Source: Alkalispirochaeta sp.
GTDB lineage: Bacteria > Spirochaetota > Spirochaetia > DSM-27196 > Alkalispirochaetaceae
NCBI GenBank assembly: GCA_965242725.1
Contig: CBDESZ010000020.1
Span: 1 to 64,000, forward strand
Reading direction: 5' to 3'
Length of the DNA: 64,000 nucleotides
The translations under genes were made by a program, and so were the position numbers. Positions 39,579 through 49,883 of the stretch are shown in pieces; the first letter of the stretch is position 1; each line of letters opens with the position of its first letter. The notes beneath the pieces were generated by a model. The model searched no databases and had not been told where the DNA came from. It saw only the letters and a list, made by a program, of their open reading frames with translations.

Positions 39579-39932
39579 ATGTTTGAACTGATCGGCGCAA
39601 TCGTCGCCCTTATCGGATCGCTGTTTCTGCTTCTGGCAGCGCTCGGTTTGATCCGCATGCCTGACGTCTATAACCGTATGCAGGCGGGAACCAAGGCGAC
39701 TACCCTGGGAAGTATCCTCATATTCACCGGTGTCGCCTTTTTTGTACCCCTCCATTGGACGAGACTGCTCATCCTTATCGTTTTCATTTTCCTGACCAAT
39801 CCTCTTTCTTCCCACGCCCTGGCACGATCGGCCCATTTTCAGGGAATACCGGTGGTTCTGCCGGAAAAGGCCGCTTCCGGGAACGGTGCGCGGGACGATC
39901 TCGCCGAGGCACAAAAGGAGTCCGCCCTATGA
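39579..39932 (+). CDS. mnhG: Mrp/Mnh subunit G (MbxC-like)
   Basis: GLIRMPDVYNRMQAGTKATTLG, TNPLSSHALAR. Confidence 0.93.
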   Translation: MFELIGAIVALIGSLFLLLAALGLIRMPDVYNRMQAGTKATTLGSILIFTGVAFFVPLHWTRLLILIVFIFLTNPLSSHALARSAHFQGIPVVLPEKAASGNGARDDLAEAQKESAL

Positions 39933-40204
39933 TGATGACCGTATTGATCACCCTGGGGGTGATGATGGTTGTCTCCGCCCTTGTCGCCCTGTACACCAAC
40001 GACATCGTAGGAGCCATCGTCGCCGCGGGAGCCGTTTCTCTCCTGGCCAGTGTTGTCTATCTGATGTTCGGAGCTCCCGACGTGGCCATGACCGAGGCGG
40101 CCATAGGGTCGGCGCTTACGACGGTGGTCTTTCTTTTCGCCTGGAGCCGTATCCGGGGGATCACGTCCGAACAGGAGGAACATGACGGGGAGGTGGATTC
40201 ATGA
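39929..40204 (+). CDS. DUF4040/MbhD-like subunit
   Basis: GAPDVAMTEAAIG. Confidence 0.9.
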   Translation: MMMTVLITLGVMMVVSALVALYTNDIVGAIVAAGAVSLLASVVYLMFGAPDVAMTEAAIGSALTTVVFLFAWSRIRGITSEQEEHDGEVDS

Positions 40205-40905
40205 TCAAAAGACTCGTATCGCTGGTAACCGTCATCGTACTGGCCGTCTTCAGCGCTCCTCTGTTCCTGACGGTTGCGGAACGGAGCGAGGTCGGCGACG
40301 TTGCGGGACGGTACCTTTCCCAGGCACCGGGAGAGCTTGGTGCCGCCAACGTTGTAACCGCCGTGGTCGTCACATATCGGGGGTTGGACACCCTCGGTGA
40401 GGTTACCGTCCTTTTTGCCGCGTCGGCGGGCATCGCCCTCGCCCTGGCACATTTCGGCGGCGCGCGACGCAAGCCCTCAACGATGCGCCGGCAGCCGCCG
40501 TCGGAGCTGATCGTAACCGGAGCGGGGCTGTTGCTTCCGCTGATCGTGATGTTCGGAGTGTACATCTTTGTGCACGGTCATCTCACTCCCGGAGGTGGCT
40601 TTCAGGGCGGCGTCGTCATTGCCGCCGGCGTACTTCTTGTCTTTCTTGCCGGAACGGTCCGTGAATTTGCCCACGAGACGATGCATCTCCTTGAAATACT
40701 GTCGGGTGCCGGCTATGTGGCCATAGGTCTCCTCGGCATATGGGGCGCCGCAGGCTTCCTGGATCCGCGGTTTCTTCCAGTCGGAACGACCGGTGAGCTT
40801 CTGAGCGCAGGCGCGATTCCGGTGATTTACAGCCTGGTAGGTGTCAAGGTCGGAGCTGAGCTTTCGGGAGTATTGGACGCCATGCGTGATAGGGGGAGCC
40901 GGTAA
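40201..40905 (+). CDS. mnhB: Mrp/Mnh subunit B (MbhE+MbhF-like)
   Basis: NVVTAVVVTYRGLDTLGE, HGHLTPGGGFQGG. Confidence 0.92.
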   Translation: MIKRLVSLVTVIVLAVFSAPLFLTVAERSEVGDVAGRYLSQAPGELGAANVVTAVVVTYRGLDTLGEVTVLFAASAGIALALAHFGGARRKPSTMRRQPPSELIVTGAGLLLPLIVMFGVYIFVHGHLTPGGGFQGGVVIAAGVLLVFLAGTVREFAHETMHLLEILSGAGYVAIGLLGIWGAAGFLDPRFLPVGTTGELLSAGAIPVIYSLVGVKVGAELSGVLDAMRDRGSR

Positions 40906-41261
40906 TGGCACAGACGCTGGGTATTTTTGCCTTTCTCTTAATGGGAATCGGGATCTGGGGACTTGTGAGTCGCAGACATCTTATCAAAATCATCATCGGC
41001 TTTTCCCTGCTCGACACGGGAATTCACCTGCTTCTGGTAGCCCTCGGGTATCGGAAGGGAGGAACGGCGCCAATCGTGAGCGACGGGTTAACCCCGGAGT
41101 CTCTCATTGAAGGAGCCGTCGATCCGGTGCCTTCCGCGCTGGTTCTGACCGCAATCGTCATTGGTCTTGCCGTAACGGCACTGATGCTGACCTTTGCCGT
41201 CCGCATGTATGACCGCAACAGAAGCATATACGTCGAAAATAACAAGGAGCTGAAATGGTAA
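40905..41261 (+). CDS. mnhC: Mrp/Mnh subunit C
   Basis: DPVPSALVLTAIVIG. Confidence 0.93.
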   Translation: MAQTLGIFAFLLMGIGIWGLVSRRHLIKIIIGFSLLDTGIHLLLVALGYRKGGTAPIVSDGLTPESLIEGAVDPVPSALVLTAIVIGLAVTALMLTFAVRMYDRNRSIYVENNKELKW

Positions 41262-44200
41262 GCCCCGTCATTCTTCTCGTTGTGGCCCTCCTGTCGGCCT
41301 TTCTGTATCCCCTTGTTGAACGCATAGGCCGTCGCGTCGCGTTTCTCGCCACGCTCCTGTTGTCGGCGTCATTCGTAGCCGTCGCGCTCTCATGGGTCGT
41401 CGGACTTAGTACGACGGACGTGGAGCTGCTCATCGCGGATACCGCCGGGTTTCCCGCTCCCCTGTCCATAAACCTCGCCGTCGGGCTTACCGAGGCTCTC
41501 GTACTTACGGTCATTGCCCTCATCGGTACCCTCGGTGTGATCAGCGGCATGACCCGGGAGGACGAACCATGGAAGGGCAGACAGATTGTCCTCTTCTTTG
41601 TACTCATGCTCGGTGCATTCGGACTGCTGATGAGTCAGGATCTCTTTAACATCTTTGTCTTCATGGAAATCAGCGGTATCAGCGTCTTCGGGTTGTTGGG
41701 GACTTCACGGGACACCCGGGCATTTGAAGGAGGCTTTAAGTACATGATCGCCTCCGGTCTCGCATCGGCATTTTTCCTCGTCGGAGTTGCCTTTATCTAC
41801 TATACGGTGGGTTCTCTGAACATCGCCGATATCGTCTCCGGTTCCAACCTGATCGTCGGTATGACCGGCGTGATGGCACTGGTCTTCCTTGCCGCGGGTA
41901 TCCTGATTGAGCTGAAGCCGGCTCCCGCCAACGGGTGGGCCCTCGATACGTATCAGGCCGCGGATCCCGCCCTCGGTGCATTGATATCCGGTGTCAACGC
42001 GACGGCGATGGCAGTTGTTTTCTCCCGGCTCATGCCGATCTTTACCGGCGCAGCCGGCGCGGTATTTACGCCGCTCTTTCTGATCGCCGGGGTCCTCGCA
42101 TTTCTGATACCCCAGTTTCAGGGACTCATGCAGGACAATCTGCGTCGCATGCTCGGGTACTCGTCGGTTGCCCAGATCGGTCTGGTGGTCATTGCCCTGA
42201 GTGTACTTCCCGAGGATGTCCGTTTCGGGATGGTAGTGCTGCCGGCGGCGATTGTGCTGCTCCTCAATCACGCCCTTGCCAAGGCGGGGCTTTTCTGGGT
42301 GGTCAATGTAATCGGCGATGAGAAGACGGGGTTTGATGGACGGTGGCCGCATTCGATTCGTATGCGAAAGCGGCTCTCCGTCTTCATCGCGCTTCTCGTC
42401 TTCGCGCTGTTGGGTCTTCCTCCCTTCCCCGGATTCTGGGCCAAGTGGAACCTCGTGCAAAGTCTGGGTGGAACGGGTATGTACGCCGTCCTTGCAGTTG
42501 TTCTGGCAGGCAGTCTTCTGGAAGCGGTATATCTCATGAGGTGGTACGTAGGTCTCGTCCGTGGGGAGGGAGACGATGTATCGGTGACGGGCGAACACAT
42601 ACCCGCAGATTTTTCGACAGGAGAAGACGAGACATCCGTCGAGGGCGGCGGCTGCCCCGACAGCGGGTGTAAACCCGCTCTGGCGTGCGCGGGAATGTCG
42701 ACGCTCCTCCTCGTTGTCGGTGGCCTCTCCGTCGCCTGGTCCGCCGGATTTGCGGCGCCCTCGCTGTTGCTGATACCGGTGATACTGCTCCTTGCGATTG
42801 TAGATGCAGTACAGGTGCCCATGAAGCTTCAAACTGCGGCGTCTATTGCGGTTGTCGCGGGCGCTCTCTATATGCTTGCACCTTTTGTCAGCGGAATCAG
42901 ACTGTTGTTCGCCGGACTCTTCGGAATCGGCGGGGCGGTTCAACTCGTCGCCTTCTTCAATAGGAGCGAGCGAGCCCCCGGACTCGTACCGCTCACGGCG
43001 GGACTCATTCTTACCCTCATGACCCTCACGGCGGCGCCGGCGATGAACGGTGCGACGGGTGGTCTCGAACTTTTCTTCCTCTGGGAACTCCTGGCGGTCA
43101 TCTCCTTCGCCCTCGTTCTTCAGGGCAGAAAGGGCGGTGCGGCGGCGTTGCGGTTCATCATATTCAGTCTCGGTGGGGCCTATCTGATGCTGGCGTCCCT
43201 GGCGCTTCCCGACAATCCCCTGATGGCAGGTCAGGCGGCGTCCGGTACGCTTCCGACGGCGCAGGGAGTATGGGCGATCGTGCTATTTGCCGGTGCGCTC
43301 CTTACAAAGCTCGGAAGCGCAGGAGTTCACGTGTGGCTGCCGCCCTCCTACGCCGAGACGGCGGATGACGTATCCGCCATTGTCAGTTCCGTATTGAGCA
43401 AGGCAGCGGTTTTCCTCCTCTTTGTCGGCGGAACTGCCTTCACGGCGCCCCTCTTCGGGTCGGTACAGCTCATGACGCTTGTCGGCTGGCTCGGTGTCGT
43501 AACCGCCGTCGTTGGTGCAATGATGGCGCTCTTTCAGGAGGACGCCAAATACCTCCTGGCCTATTCTTCAATGAGTCAAATCGGATATATCGTGCTCGCC
43601 TTTGCGGTGATGAGTCACCTCGGCTGGGTCGGGAGCCTCTATTTGACGGTAACCCACCTCCTGTTCAAGGGGATACTCTTTCTCGCTGTGGCCGGTGTGA
43701 TACACCGGACGGGGACGCGGCTCATGTATCAAATGGGCGGGCTCATAAAACGCATGCCCTGGTCATTTGTTTCGGTACTGATCGGTATTATCGCCGTATC
43801 GGGGGTTCCGCCGCTCACCGGATTCGGCGGAAAGTGGCTGCTCTACACGGCCCTTCTGGAAAAAGGGTGGTACCTGCAGGCGGCGCTGGCGATGTTCTCT
43901 TCAGGTGTCGCGTTTCTGTACCTCTTTCGTCTCATTCACACGATATTTCTCGGTCAGAGAAAGGCGAAACACCACACCCTGCGGGAAGCGCCTCTTGCCC
44001 TGCTCATTCCGCAGTACCTCTTCATCGTCATCATCATGGTTTTCTCCATGTTTCCCAATATGATCATCCTCCCCCTTCAGGCGGTAGTTGAATCGGTCTT
44101 TCCCTCCACCGTTGCCTGGGACGGCTACAGCGTCATTTCGGCGTTGGGATACTGGAACGGGAACGCCGTCATGTACGTCACAATGGGTGTATTCCTCGCT

Positions 44201-44512
44201 CCGCTCCTGTGGCTTCTTCTGGTGAAAGGACGGGTCTACCGGGTAGAACAGTTCAATATTGTCTACGCCGCGGAGCGTCCCCATACACCGGAAAGCACAC
44301 ACTACGCATTCAACTTCTACGGCCACTACCGGAAAGCCTTCGGTCGAGCCCTTGATCCCTGGGCGGAGCGCTTCTGGGCTTCAGTCTCCGCGACGGGCGC
44401 ATCCATAGGACGGGGACTCCGGGGGTGGAACACGGGCAATCCCCAGACCTACGCGCTGCAAATCATTCTGTACGTTCTGCTTATCGTCTTTATCGCTCAG
44501 GGAGGAGTGTAA
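41255..44512 (+). CDS. Fused double antiporter-like subunit (MbxH+MbxH', MrpD/NuoM-N-like)
   Basis: Two proton-antiporter modules: DLFNIFVFMEI and RRMLGYSS; FFLWELL and KYLLAYSSMSQIGY; 1085 aa. Confidence 0.92.
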   Translation: MVSPVILLVVALLSAFLYPLVERIGRRVAFLATLLLSASFVAVALSWVVGLSTTDVELLIADTAGFPAPLSINLAVGLTEALVLTVIALIGTLGVISGMTREDEPWKGRQIVLFFVLMLGAFGLLMSQDLFNIFVFMEISGISVFGLLGTSRDTRAFEGGFKYMIASGLASAFFLVGVAFIYYTVGSLNIADIVSGSNLIVGMTGVMALVFLAAGILIELKPAPANGWALDTYQAADPALGALISGVNATAMAVVFSRLMPIFTGAAGAVFTPLFLIAGVLAFLIPQFQGLMQDNLRRMLGYSSVAQIGLVVIALSVLPEDVRFGMVVLPAAIVLLLNHALAKAGLFWVVNVIGDEKTGFDGRWPHSIRMRKRLSVFIALLVFALLGLPPFPGFWAKWNLVQSLGGTGMYAVLAVVLAGSLLEAVYLMRWYVGLVRGEGDDVSVTGEHIPADFSTGEDETSVEGGGCPDSGCKPALACAGMSTLLLVVGGLSVAWSAGFAAPSLLLIPVILLLAIVDAVQVPMKLQTAASIAVVAGALYMLAPFVSGIRLLFAGLFGIGGAVQLVAFFNRSERAPGLVPLTAGLILTLMTLTAAPAMNGATGGLELFFLWELLAVISFALVLQGRKGGAAALRFIIFSLGGAYLMLASLALPDNPLMAGQAASGTLPTAQGVWAIVLFAGALLTKLGSAGVHVWLPPSYAETADDVSAIVSSVLSKAAVFLLFVGGTAFTAPLFGSVQLMTLVGWLGVVTAVVGAMMALFQEDAKYLLAYSSMSQIGYIVLAFAVMSHLGWVGSLYLTVTHLLFKGILFLAVAGVIHRTGTRLMYQMGGLIKRMPWSFVSVLIGIIAVSGVPPLTGFGGKWLLYTALLEKGWYLQAALAMFSSGVAFLYLFRLIHTIFLGQRKAKHHTLREAPLALLIPQYLFIVIIMVFSMFPNMIILPLQAVVESVFPSTVAWDGYSVISALGYWNGNAVMYVTMGVFLAPLLWLLLVKGRVYRVEQFNIVYAAERPHTPESTHYAFNFYGHYRKAFGRALDPWAERFWASVSATGASIGRGLRGWNTGNPQTYALQIILYVLLIVFIAQGGV

Positions 44513-45445
44513 ATGACCAATCCCATACTCATCAAAGCGTTGTACACCGTCATTTCCCTGGCGGTCATAACGATCTATGCGTTGCTGCTCATAGGCACGA
44601 TGGCCCGGGTCCGTGCGAAGGTACAGGGCCGTATCGGTCAACCGGCGTATCAGCCGTTCATCGATATCATCAAAAGCAATGCGAAACGGACCGGAATCAG
44701 CCACGGGGTGATGTTCTTTCTTGGCCCGGTATTCCGGCTTGCCGGGGGGCTGGGAACGTATCTCTTCATTCCCGTCATCTTCGGTTCCGCCGTCTTTTCC
44801 AACTTCAGTTTTTCCGGCGATCTGCTCCTGGTGATGTATTTCATCTTCTTCGGTCAGCTCGGTATGGCGCTGGGTGCCGGTGAAAGCGGGCATCCCGCCT
44901 CCGCCATCGGCGTGGGACGCGGTCTGGCCCAAATGACGGCGTTTGAACTTCCCTTTGCACTCTCAGTGATCGCCGTGGCGGCGCAACACGGAACGCTCTC
45001 CATTACGGATATCGTCGCCGCCCAGCAGGGAGGAGTTGGTAACTGGGTTGCCTTTACCAACCCGCTGGCCATGATTGCCGGAATGATCGCCTTTCTCGGT
45101 ATGAGCGGAGCAAACCCCTTTTCGGTGGTGATCGCTCCCCAGGAGATCCCCATCGGTCCTCCCACTGAGATGCAGTCGAGTTTCCTGGGGATGTTGCAGA
45201 CCAACCGTGCGATTTTCAACGGCGCCAAAATGGTTCTCTTCATGAACCTCTTCTGGGGAGGTGCCGCCCATGAAAATATCTTCGTTGCCCTGGCGATCAT
45301 GATCGCCAAGACATTTCTCATCTATCTCTATGTGACGATCGTGGGGGCAAGTTTTCCCCGGTTCCGGACGGAACAGTCGATCAGGTTTTTTCTCGGGATA
45401 CCCACGGCGATTGGTATCGGCGCGGTGATTCTGCAGATGGTGTAA
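44513..45445 (+). CDS. NuoH-like membrane subunit (MbxM)
   Basis: AKVQGRIGQPAYQPFIDIIK, APQEIPIGPPTE, FPRFRTEQ. Confidence 0.92.
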   Translation: MTNPILIKALYTVISLAVITIYALLLIGTMARVRAKVQGRIGQPAYQPFIDIIKSNAKRTGISHGVMFFLGPVFRLAGGLGTYLFIPVIFGSAVFSNFSFSGDLLLVMYFIFFGQLGMALGAGESGHPASAIGVGRGLAQMTAFELPFALSVIAVAAQHGTLSITDIVAAQQGGVGNWVAFTNPLAMIAGMIAFLGMSGANPFSVVIAPQEIPIGPPTEMQSSFLGMLQTNRAIFNGAKMVLFMNLFWGGAAHENIFVALAIMIAKTFLIYLYVTIVGASFPRFRTEQSIRFFLGIPTAIGIGAVILQMV

Positions 45446-45470
45446 TGAATTGAAGAACAGAGGAGTTTTT

Positions 45471-46214
45471 ATGGCCGATACGATGACGCGAATATACGGC
45501 GAAGTCGATGCGCCGGAAGGGTCGCCGGTGAAAAACCCCGATCCCCGCACACTGGCCCCCGGGGATGTCGATACGGTCGACGGGCAGCTGAGGATCTTTA
45601 CGGAGGAACTCAAGCTCTCCAACAGCGGCCTTGCTGCCCACGACCGGCCCAACTTTTGCGACCATCCTCCGGAAGTGATTAAGCCCTTTCGCGGTTTCTG
45701 GGAGGACTTTGTCAACTGGGCACGGGCGGAGAGCCTGTGGATTCTCGGATTCGGCACCGGCTGCGGTGCCATAGAGCTGCGCCCCCTGATGACGAGCCGA
45801 TTTGATATGTACCAGTACGGTATACAGGCACGGCCCACGCCAAGACAGAGTTCGGTCTTTGTCATCGGCGGCTACGCGTCGGTAAAGACGATGAAGCGTA
45901 TCGTCCGCAGTTATGAGCAGATGCAGGGACCCAAGTTCGTGCTCGGTCTCGGCAGTTGCACGATCAACGGCGGTATGTACTGGGACAGCTACAATACCGT
46001 CAACCGTCTGGACCACTACATACCCGTAGACGTCTACATTGCCGGATGCATGCCACGGCCGGAGGCGTTGCTGGCGGGATTCATGGAGTTGAAGCGAATG
46101 ATCAAGGCAGGGGAATGCCAGGGCGCAAACAGGTATGCCGAGCACTTTGAGTGGTACAAGGCAAACCAGAAGCGCATCATCAAAGACTGGAACATGCCGG
46201 ATTACAACTGGTGA
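45471..46214 (+). CDS. NuoB-like Fe-S subunit (MbxJ)
   Basis: GTGCGAIE, GSCTINGG, PVDVYIAGCMPRPE. Confidence 0.93.
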   Translation: MADTMTRIYGEVDAPEGSPVKNPDPRTLAPGDVDTVDGQLRIFTEELKLSNSGLAAHDRPNFCDHPPEVIKPFRGFWEDFVNWARAESLWILGFGTGCGAIELRPLMTSRFDMYQYGIQARPTPRQSSVFVIGGYASVKTMKRIVRSYEQMQGPKFVLGLGSCTINGGMYWDSYNTVNRLDHYIPVDVYIAGCMPRPEALLAGFMELKRMIKAGECQGANRYAEHFEWYKANQKRIIKDWNMPDYNW

Positions 46215-46224
46215 GGGAGAAGCA

Positions 46225-46851
46225 ATGACCGACAAACAGCCGGAATCCATACAATCGTCGACTCCTGCCACGTCGCGGGACGTGCACGGCGTATTCAAGG
46301 AGATACACCTCCGTTTCCAGGTGCGGGAACTGGAAGAGAAAAGAGCCGACCAGGCGTATCTGCACGTGGAGAAGGAAGACCTGGTACCACTTCTGACCTA
46401 TTTGAGAGATACCGCCGGGTATACGCACCTCTCGTTTTTCACCGCCGTCGACCACATCGAGGAAGGGACGTTCGATCTTCTCTACATGCTCCACAGCTAT
46501 GAAAAGCGACACGATCTCGGAGTGATGGTACGCATATCCCGGGGAACGGGGCGAACAGACGGAGATGATCCTGAGGCGGCAGTCATGGATTCCATTCACC
46601 ACCTCTGGCCCGCGGCGGAGACGTATCAGCGGGAGTTGCGGGAAATGTTCGGAATCACTTTTCCCGGAAGCCCCCGGCTCCACGAGAACTTCGCCCTTGA
46701 AGGGTGGGAAGATATTCCCCCCATGCGACGGGAGTTCGACACACGGGAGTACTCGGAGCGCGTCTATTATGCCCGACCGGGCAGGACGACGAACGACACC
46801 CGTCAGCATATGAAAGACAAACTCTATCCCAGCGAGGCAGAATCATGGTGA
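46225..46851 (+). CDS. NuoC-like subunit (MbxK)
   Basis: SIHHLWPAAETYQRELREMFGITFPG, PPMRREF. Confidence 0.92.
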   Translation: MTDKQPESIQSSTPATSRDVHGVFKEIHLRFQVRELEEKRADQAYLHVEKEDLVPLLTYLRDTAGYTHLSFFTAVDHIEEGTFDLLYMLHSYEKRHDLGVMVRISRGTGRTDGDDPEAAVMDSIHHLWPAAETYQRELREMFGITFPGSPRLHENFALEGWEDIPPMRREFDTREYSERVYYARPGRTTNDTRQHMKDKLYPSEAESW

Positions 46852-48083
46852 GAAACGTAATGCCCACCCGATCGTCCGCCCGGGGCGTGCCCAATCTGGC
46901 GACCCGGAGTCAGGAACACATAAATGATAACCCGATCATGCCGCCCATCGTCCGCGGAAAGGCGAAATTTGACCTGGACAGCGGCAAGTACCTGAAGGTC
47001 TGGCAGGGGCCGCAGCATCCGGGAATCACCGGCAACATGAGTCTGGAACTCGTCGTCTGTGGTGACGAAATCGTGGAATGCAAGACCCACGTGGGATATC
47101 TCCACCGGGGATTTGAAAAACTCATGGAACGGCGGAAATACATTCAGTGTTTTCCCATCGTCTGCCGCATCGCCGTACCCGAGCCGGACTTTAATGAATA
47201 CCTCTTTGCCGCCACGGTGGAAGAATTGCAGGGCATAGAGGTCCCCGAACGGGCACAGTGGATAAGAAATCTCAATCTGGAAATGGCACGGCTTGCGAGT
47301 TTCTTTATGTGGCTCGGCGGACAGGCGGGAGCGTTCGGACTGGGAACGCAGGGTCAGTGGACCGTCACCATGCGGGACTACATTCTCGACCGTTTTGAGG
47401 AGCTCACGGGGGGACGGATCTACCACATGTACATGATCCCCGGCGGCGTGCGCAGCGACTTCCCGCCGGGATTCGCGGGGCGCCTGCGGGAGACGATGGA
47501 TACCTGTGAAAAAACGCTCGACGACGTTGAGCGAACGCTCTTTCATAACGCCGTCTTCAAGAAACGGGCAAAAGGGTTGGGTGTGCTCCATCCCGACATC
47601 ATCGATCAGTTCGGGGTGACCGGGCCCAATGCGCGGGCCGCAGGGTTTGCACGGGATGTTCGCAAGGATCACCCGTATCTCGTCTATGATCGGCTGGACT
47701 TCGAGGTGATCACCCATACCGACTCGGACGCCTACGCCCGTGCGTGGGTACGGCTGCAGGAGATGTACCAGAGCATCGATCTGATCAGACAGATACTTGA
47801 TCGAATGCCCAAGGACGGTCCGTTCTTCACCAAACTGCCCAACGTTCTGCACTGGCGTGTCCCGGAAGGCCATACCTACCAGCGGGCCGAATGCACCCGC
47901 GGTGAATACGGCTACTACCTGAACAGCGACGGCAGTGACAAACCACGGCGCATTTACGTCCGGGGGCCGAGTTACACCCACGCGGTGACGCTTATGGAAC
48001 ACCTGGCGATCGGGGTGAACATCGCCGACACGGCGGGACTCATGGTGAGTCTCCATACCTATCCACCGGAAGTTGAGAGGTAG
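46845..48083 (+). CDS. NuoD-like subunit (MbxL), no NiFe ligands
   Basis: GPQHPG, GYLHRGFEK, CRIAVPEPD, ECTRGE, PPEVER. Confidence 0.93.
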   Translation: MVRNVMPTRSSARGVPNLATRSQEHINDNPIMPPIVRGKAKFDLDSGKYLKVWQGPQHPGITGNMSLELVVCGDEIVECKTHVGYLHRGFEKLMERRKYIQCFPIVCRIAVPEPDFNEYLFAATVEELQGIEVPERAQWIRNLNLEMARLASFFMWLGGQAGAFGLGTQGQWTVTMRDYILDRFEELTGGRIYHMYMIPGGVRSDFPPGFAGRLRETMDTCEKTLDDVERTLFHNAVFKKRAKGLGVLHPDIIDQFGVTGPNARAAGFARDVRKDHPYLVYDRLDFEVITHTDSDAYARAWVRLQEMYQSIDLIRQILDRMPKDGPFFTKLPNVLHWRVPEGHTYQRAECTRGEYGYYLNSDGSDKPRRIYVRGPSYTHAVTLMEHLAIGVNIADTAGLMVSLHTYPPEVER

Positions 48084-48086
48084 AAA

Positions 48087-49883
48087 ATGAGTCTGAGAGA
48101 TATTGCCGCCCCCTTTACCGTATGGAAGCGGGCACTTGAAAAACCATATACCGACCGGAAACCCCTGGTGAATCGACCCGGTGCGGACCGCTATCGCGGT
48201 TTTCACATTAACGCCGTGGACAAGTGCATTGGCTGCGGAACCTGTGAGTCGGTATGTCAGAATGAAGCAATCGATCTCGTCCCGGTGGAGAGCCGGAAAA
48301 CGAAGCACGGCGATTCCGGATTGCGACCCAAAGTTGATTACGGTCGCTGCTGCTGGTGTGCCCTCTGTGTCGACATCTGTCCCACCGGCAGTCTGGGCAT
48401 GAGCAACGAGTATGTGTGGGTGGACAGGGACCCCGAGGTCTTTCGGTTCGTTCCCGGTGAGGATATCAAACCGTGGAACGGCAGCGAGAAGGGGTACCGC
48501 CGTTCGCCGGGATATGATCTTCTGGAACCGAAGCGCGTGGAAATGCCCATGCTCGACTTTGAAGAGAGCAGAAAGAGCTTTGTCGAGATGGTTCAGGGGT
48601 ACAGCAAGGAACAGGCCCAGGCGGAAGCGGACCGCTGTATTGCCTGCGGCATCTGTATCGCCACCTGTCCCGCCCACATGGACGTCCCGGCATACATCGA
48701 CGCGATCCGACGCGACGATATGGGCGACGGGCTGCGTATCGTCTATGAAGCTAATCCATTACCGGCGTCATGTGGTCGCGTCTGTTCACACGCCTGTGAA
48801 TACGTCTGCGCCATGAAGCACAAGGGGGAGGCGATCAGCATTCGCTGGCTGAAACGGTACATCATCGACCAGATCTATTCACAGGACTATCAGAAATTCC
48901 TTGAAAGCGCGGCCGAAGAAAACGGAAAACACATCACCATCGTCGGGTCGGGTCCTGGCGGTCTGGCGGCGGCGTATTACCTCAGGCTGTTGGGGTACGG
49001 GGTAACCGTATATGACGCCAACGAGCGCGCCGGCGGTATGCTGCGGTACGGTATTCCCGAGTACCGTCTGCCCTACGACCAGGTTGACAAGGATATCGAA
49101 TACATCCGGTCCCTGGGTGTAACAATTGAACAGAACGTCCGGATCGGTGTGGACCGCTCTTTCCGGGAGATTTACGACGGGAGCGACGCGATCTTTTTCT
49201 CGACGGGACTTTCCGATCCCTTTGCCCTGGACATACCGGGGGAGGAACTGAAGGGGGTCATTCCGGGACTGAAGATACTCGACGATGTGACCAACGGCAT
49301 CACCCCCGACATCGGCTCCTCCGTCGTCGTCGTGGGCGGCGGAAATGTCGCCATGGATGCGGCCCGCACGAGCCTCCGGTACAATGCGGATGTGACGATT
49401 CTCTACCGCCGCCGGGAAGAGGATATGCCCGCCGACGCGGAGGAAATCGAAGAAAGCCGCGGCGAGGGATGCGCAATTACCACCCAGGCGATACCGCTCC
49501 GTATTGAAAAGGGCGACACGACGCGGTTGAAGCTCTACTGGGGCAGGGCGGAAATGATTCCCGATGAAAAGGGCGGTCGCCCCCGGCCGCAACTCATTGA
49601 GGGAAGTGAAGAGGTCATTGAATGCGACACCGTCATTCCCGCCATCGGGCAGGGCGCGGACTACCGGTTCCTGCCGGAAGAAATAACTGATAAACTCGAT
49701 TTTTCCCGGGGCATGGTAGTGGTGAACGAGTTCAAGCAGACCGGCGATACGAAGATATTCGCCGGGGGCGACATCACCAACAGGACCCGTGATGCCATTT
49801 CGGCGATCGCAAACGGTCACTCCGCCGCCAAGGGAATCGATATCTATCTCACAAACTTTTCACAGAATGGGGAGCAACGATGA
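48087..49883 (+). CDS. NuoI/MbxN-like 2[4Fe-4S] domain fused to GltD-like FAD/NADPH oxidoreductase
   Basis: YRGFH, CIGCGTCESVC, CCWCALCVDICP; CGRVCSHAC, GSGPGG, GGGNVAMDAAR, YRR. Confidence 0.92.
   Translation: MSLRDIAAPFTVWKRALEKPYTDRKPLVNRPGADRYRGFHINAVDKCIGCGTCESVCQNEAIDLVPVESRKTKHGDSGLRPKVDYGRCCWCALCVDICPTGSLGMSNEYVWVDRDPEVFRFVPGEDIKPWNGSEKGYRRSPGYDLLEPKRVEMPMLDFEESRKSFVEMVQGYSKEQAQAEADRCIACGICIATCPAHMDVPAYIDAIRRDDMGDGLRIVYEANPLPASCGRVCSHACEYVCAMKHKGEAISIRWLKRYIIDQIYSQDYQKFLESAAEENGKHITIVGSGPGGLAAAYYLRLLGYGVTVYDANERAGGMLRYGIPEYRLPYDQVDKDIEYIRSLGVTIEQNVRIGVDRSFREIYDGSDAIFFSTGLSDPFALDIPGEELKGVIPGLKILDDVTNGITPDIGSSVVVVGGGNVAMDAARTSLRYNADVTILYRRREEDMPADAEEIEESRGEGCAITTQAIPLRIEKGDTTRLKLYWGRAEMIPDEKGGRPRPQLIEGSEEVIECDTVIPAIGQGADYRFLPEEITDKLDFSRGMVVVNEFKQTGDTKIFAGGDITNRTRDAISAIANGHSAAKGIDIYLTNFSQNGEQR

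Noticed and set aside
38827..48083. Calling the operon a group 4 NiFe hydrogenase or canonical complex I
   Set aside because: No CxxC Ni ligands or maturation genes, no NuoA/J/EFG, and the quinone-binding residues are absent.
46824..48677. Long antisense ORFs (also 9671-10903, 11668-13164, 41705-42943, 27168-28085)
   Set aside because: Shadow frames of well-supported genes in GC-rich DNA, with no recognisable motifs.
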